A stretch of 64,000 nucleotides of DNA. Origin: Macrostomum hystrix. Its lineage: Eukaryota > Animalia > Platyhelminthes. The notes under the pieces are model-generated. The model was not told where the DNA came from. It ran no database searches and was given only the letters and a program-made list of their open reading frames with translations. Both the position numbers and the translations under genes were made by a program. This document shows positions 59,871-64,000 of the stretch, in pieces. Location of the stretch: NCBI GenBank assembly GCA_950097015.1, contig CATNEN010000034.1, positions 7,750,001 to 7,814,000 of the forward strand, written 5' to 3'. Each line of letters begins with the position of its first letter. The stretch's first letter is position 1.

Positions 59871-61930
59871 CCCCTTCTGCCCACTTTTCCCCATCCGATA
59901 TGATAATACATCTCTCGAGCTTCTCATTCTATTCTCAATACTAAAATTATTTATTTTGTTTGCATCTGCTTCTAATTATCCCATGTTATATATATATACA
60001 CAGAGTGGGATCCAGTTTGTTTTGTTTAGTTTTGTAATTCATTCACGTGGCTGCATGCTTTCGATCGGCGAAATTTTCAAATCTTTAAATTGATGTGATA
60101 ATTTACTCAGTTTCACTCATTAATAACGCTTCAATTACTTTTCCTTTGCTTACTCGTATAGTGCGAAATACGCAGGTAATACGTGCACTTTATTATAAAT
60201 CAGTCATTAAACAAAATAAATGGAAGCCATTGTTCTCATTCTATCAACTTATTTTCTAAAAACTATAAAATGTTAGAGAGTCGCCTCTTTAGCATTCTTT
60301 GGAATTATTTTATGTAGTAGTGTGCGATATAAATTTCTAGGCAAATTAATGTAGATAATTAGAGAAGCTATAGCCATGAGCGAAAGAATACAAAACTAGG
60401 TGTTAAATTATACTACACTGCAGTAATGTTGGATGTCGAGTCAACAGTGCATGAATGAATCGGTTTTCGACCTTCTGCGAGCTTCTCGAAGCAAGGGATT
60501 TAGTCCCTCTGCCTGTATAGACGTGGCGTTAAGATTCTCAAGCTGGATGAATTTGAGCGCGCTAATTTGCTTAAGTCTGTACCAGCTGTATCAATTTAGT
60601 TCATTTGTTACTTCACAAAGAAGTTGTTGGCTTTATTTGTCCACCCGAATATTACTTCGACTAATCAATTCGGAAAAGGCATGTGGTATCACGTCACGTA
60701 TCTGAGAGATGGCAGTTGATTACACATCCCCCACTGTCCCGTTGGGGATCGAATGTCCAGCTTTATCCGCACAGCAACTTGCCGGAATAACACAGCTACT
60801 CTACACCGTATGCTGTGCCGATAGTAGTTGCTGATTCCCATCTTCTATAAGTAAATTGATGCCGGGGATAAGCATTGCCCTGTGAGATATGAATTTAACT
60901 ATAGCGGCTTTATTTTGTACAATTGTAACAAACTATCAGCCTTTTGCATTAGCTAATTAGTAATTTATAAATCAGACACTAAATAAAAACATTAAAGGCT
61001 TTTATTTAAGGATATAAGTGAGGCTGCTTGATCAGTAATATTTTGCAATACGTTTGTTAGAATTCTTGTAGCTTTTTGAAGCAAGGAATAATGACGAAAA
61101 TCCACGAAAGGCCTGCCTGCGAGTCACAAAACGTGACAGAGCACTATTAATTATTACTAGTGCATTAAAGCTACTTTAGAATGCTTGAGCTTAGTTTCTA
61201 GACTAGCTAAAAGTGTATATCGTCATTAACTCTTTATAATCTTAAAAGCATTAAGAGAAATAGCAGTATCTACGTTTTTTGTCAACATGGCGGTGCCAAT
61301 GTCATTTGTGTTAAGAGTGCCAATTAGTACCCTTCAGTTTTTGTTGAATGCTTACTGTTTTAAAGTTTTTTAATTTTATCTACTTAATATTCTACTAATT
61401 CTTAGATAAATTATACTCTTCATATTATTCATGAAAAACTTTTAAACTAGTCAATCGACTTATCATACCATTGCTTATTTATTATTTGGCACTGGTCTAA
61501 AAATTCTTGATGCCATCTTTGTCACTATAAATTTAAATTCTGAGTGCCAAAATTATAATCTTTATTTCAATTCACATTTCATGCAATGACACAAAAATCT
61601 AGTCAAGTCAAGTCTAGTAATTAATTCAAGAATAGAAGAGCTGTTAGCTTATTAAAAGTATAAAAAACCCTATTGGAATAGAATAAATGTCAAAAACCTG
61701 CAGATGCATGACACAGGTGTCAAAAATGTGGCTCCAAAGCATGACGCGACACAAAATGCTATAATAACCTAACCAACTAACTATGCTTATGCTTAAGGGC
61801 AGAGCTTATTCCCACAGTCCCGTGCTAATAATTTCAATTTTATCCACACAGATCCATGCCGATAATTTTCTGCTTATCCACACGGCAGCTTGTATGAATA
61901 GGTCTAAAACTCTTTATATAAATATGCCAT

Positions 61931-62211
61931 CATACATGCGCAACCTCCCAAATCTTAGCCGGCTGTGCAACTTAGTTTTTGCTCTCAATTGTGACTTAGT
62001 TCGTTTCATTGCTCTATTTACAACTTAGTTTGCTCTCATTTGCTCTCTTTTTCTCTCCCCTTTTTCCTTTTCTTCACGCCTTCCTTTTTTATCCCTTGGT
62101 CCCCCCTTTGATTTTTTTGCACTTGGTCAATTGGTTTTTGCGACTTACCTTGCTTGGCCCTCATTTCACCTAGCCAGTTTGGCCGGGTTGGCTGGGTGTT
62201 GCGCATGTATG
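61931..62211 (-). mobile_element. Second copy of the about 280-bp MITE, inverted relative to 19871-20148
   Basis: Perfect TIR pair CATACATGCGCAAC / GTTGCGCATGTATG. The interior is the reverse complement of copy 1 (e.g. GACTTACCTTGCTTGGCCCTCATTTCACC, CAACTTAGTTTGCTCT). No TSD visible here. Confidence 0.8.
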
Positions 62212-63863
62212 CTTAAGAGCGGCGATGCTCTGGCAATGCCCTGCAATGCGACATGACACCATTTTGGTGTCATGTTGCAGCAAAATAGCAAAATATTTCA
62301 TATCTTTGTTCACATAGCTTTATGATGGCTGTGGCGGAAAAGTACATTTTTATTCAGCCCAAATGGTTTTTGTGCATTAAGTGAAAGCCGACTCACTTTT
62401 CACCCCGCTCTGCCCTGTCATGCAATGTACATCTGCTTGTGCCCTGGGCATCCTTCCCCACGCGTTCATTTCTATTCGCTTTATCTAAATAAATAACTCA
62501 AACCAGCGGCCTAGAGTGAGCGCTTGCTTTCTCTGAACAAACCCTAAAGAGAAAATCAATTAAGTTGTGTCAATTGCATTACAATGGCTTAGCATATGAA
62601 TAAAAAAATTTTTATTCTACTATGTCCATGACTATCTATCATATAGATAAAGTATATTTTACTAGGCCTTAAATTATTAATGTTCTTTGCTATCATTAGA
62701 TGCAACACATTTCTTACAACTAATGTTATTAGCTATATGCCTAATCCAAGTGCATTCAATAAAGTTTCCTATAAGTGTAAATCTAAAATGTGTGTGAACA
62801 CCCTATTAGGCAGACAAGAGGTAACCATGGAACTAGCCATAGTTATAGTTTAAGCCTAATTTATATTTTTTACTATATGCAAAATTAAGTTTTTTTGTAA
62901 CATGTATGCTAGTACATATCAAAGGCTGCCAAATGAAAGAAAAAAGAAAACTAGACTAGAAGTAAAACAAATTAAAATAAAATGTATAATTAATATTATA
63001 TATATTTATTTTGATTATAAAATATACCAATATTATCACAATCATAAAAAGTGCCGGAAAACTTTATTTAAAGCCCTTTTTTCTTTCTATAGAACAATTA
63101 AGTGAATAAGTATTTTTCATTCTTTATTTTTTTTAATTTGTAAATATCTGTAACTAAAACCAAATGTTTGTGTATGCTATAAACCAGCCAGCAACAGTGA
63201 GTCTTTGTTATACACAAATGTATGCCAACAGGGGTTTGCAACAGTGATTGTATGCTAAACTAAATTAGATACAGTGAAATATATTAGAAAATATAGTGTG
63301 CCAAGTTAAAAGATATTCTAGAAAAAATTACTTTTTATGTAGCTAAAAAATAACTTCTTCAGCCATGTTTGCTATTTTGTAAAAAAATATGTGGACATCC
63401 AATTAAGCCTGTAGTCATGCACATGTATGATGCTATCTTATTTATCCTATACGAGTATTAGGTGTCTGATCTTTGTGTCTAATGTGTCTATTATGCAGGA
63501 AAATTCTGAACCCAAATGTGCAAGGAAATCTATTAGCTGATGAGCATGCTTACACAAGATGTTGCTGGCATAATATAACTCATTTGCTCCAATTGAGGAA
63601 TACATAGGTAAATAGTTGATTATAACAATATCATGTTGATTCTTGAACAGCAAAATCTAATTTTGGTTGATGTTAAATGCTAAGTTGTGAAGTTGTTAAA
63701 ATCAGTTTTCAACTTTTCAAGAAGCAAATAGAAATTGAAGCAACATTTGTTATTTTGATTTGAAGTGCTGATGCAACTGGCCTATGTTCAGGTGCAATGT
63801 GCAAGTAAATAAAAAATGCTAATTACTATTTTCAGAGAAAATCTGACAATTGTAAACCCTAAG

Positions 63864-64000
63864 CTCTCTTGAAATCCCATCAGCTCTCTAGAAATCCCAT
63901 TAACTTTAGAAATCCCATTAGATCTCTAGAAATCCCATCATCTCTTTAGAAATCCCATCATCTCTTTAGAAATCCCATCAGATCTTTAGAAATGCCATCA
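63864..64000. repeat. About 20-bp minisatellite (CTCTAGAAATCCCATCAKMT), running off the window end
   Basis: AGAAATCCCAT recurs about every 20 bp. Confidence 0.9.

Noticed and set aside
60420-60720. Minus-strand peptides with a faint leucine-rich-repeat flavour (IPHAFSELI, LKFIQLENLN)
   Set aside because: Interrupted by stops, no full LxxLxLxxN consensus, no splice support.

Overview
Eukaryotic (animal) genomic DNA; no prokaryotic features and no CRISPR. The compact GC-rich exons with CAG/GCC tracts, the minisatellite-filled introns and a delta-type protocadherin suggest a lophotrochozoan, plausibly a Macrostomum-like flatworm (inference only). Three genes can be reconstructed by hand with consistent GT-AG boundaries and reading-frame phase. 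(1) Intronless RSL24D1/RLP24, minus strand, 2719-3339. (2) RIC1 (Rab6 GEF subunit), minus strand, 14 coding exons, 5360-19432, about 1633 aa. (3) A 7-cadherin-repeat delta-like protocadherin, plus strand, 8 coding exons, 50889-58791, about 1190 aa, probably preceded by three non-coding 5' exons spread over about 24 kb. The window opens in the 3' end of a Crypton-type tyrosine recombinase ORF. It also holds two MITE families, three tRNA-derived SINE copies, a decayed LINE RT fragment and about 20 unrelated tandem arrays; most long ORFs in the supplied track are artefacts of these arrays. I found no clear new multi-gene system. The best leads are the Crypton recombinase, a frameshifted orphan secreted-protein ORF, the long spliced protocadherin leader, intronic arrays built from splice-site or transcription-factor-site units, and an ILPR-like G-quadruplex array.
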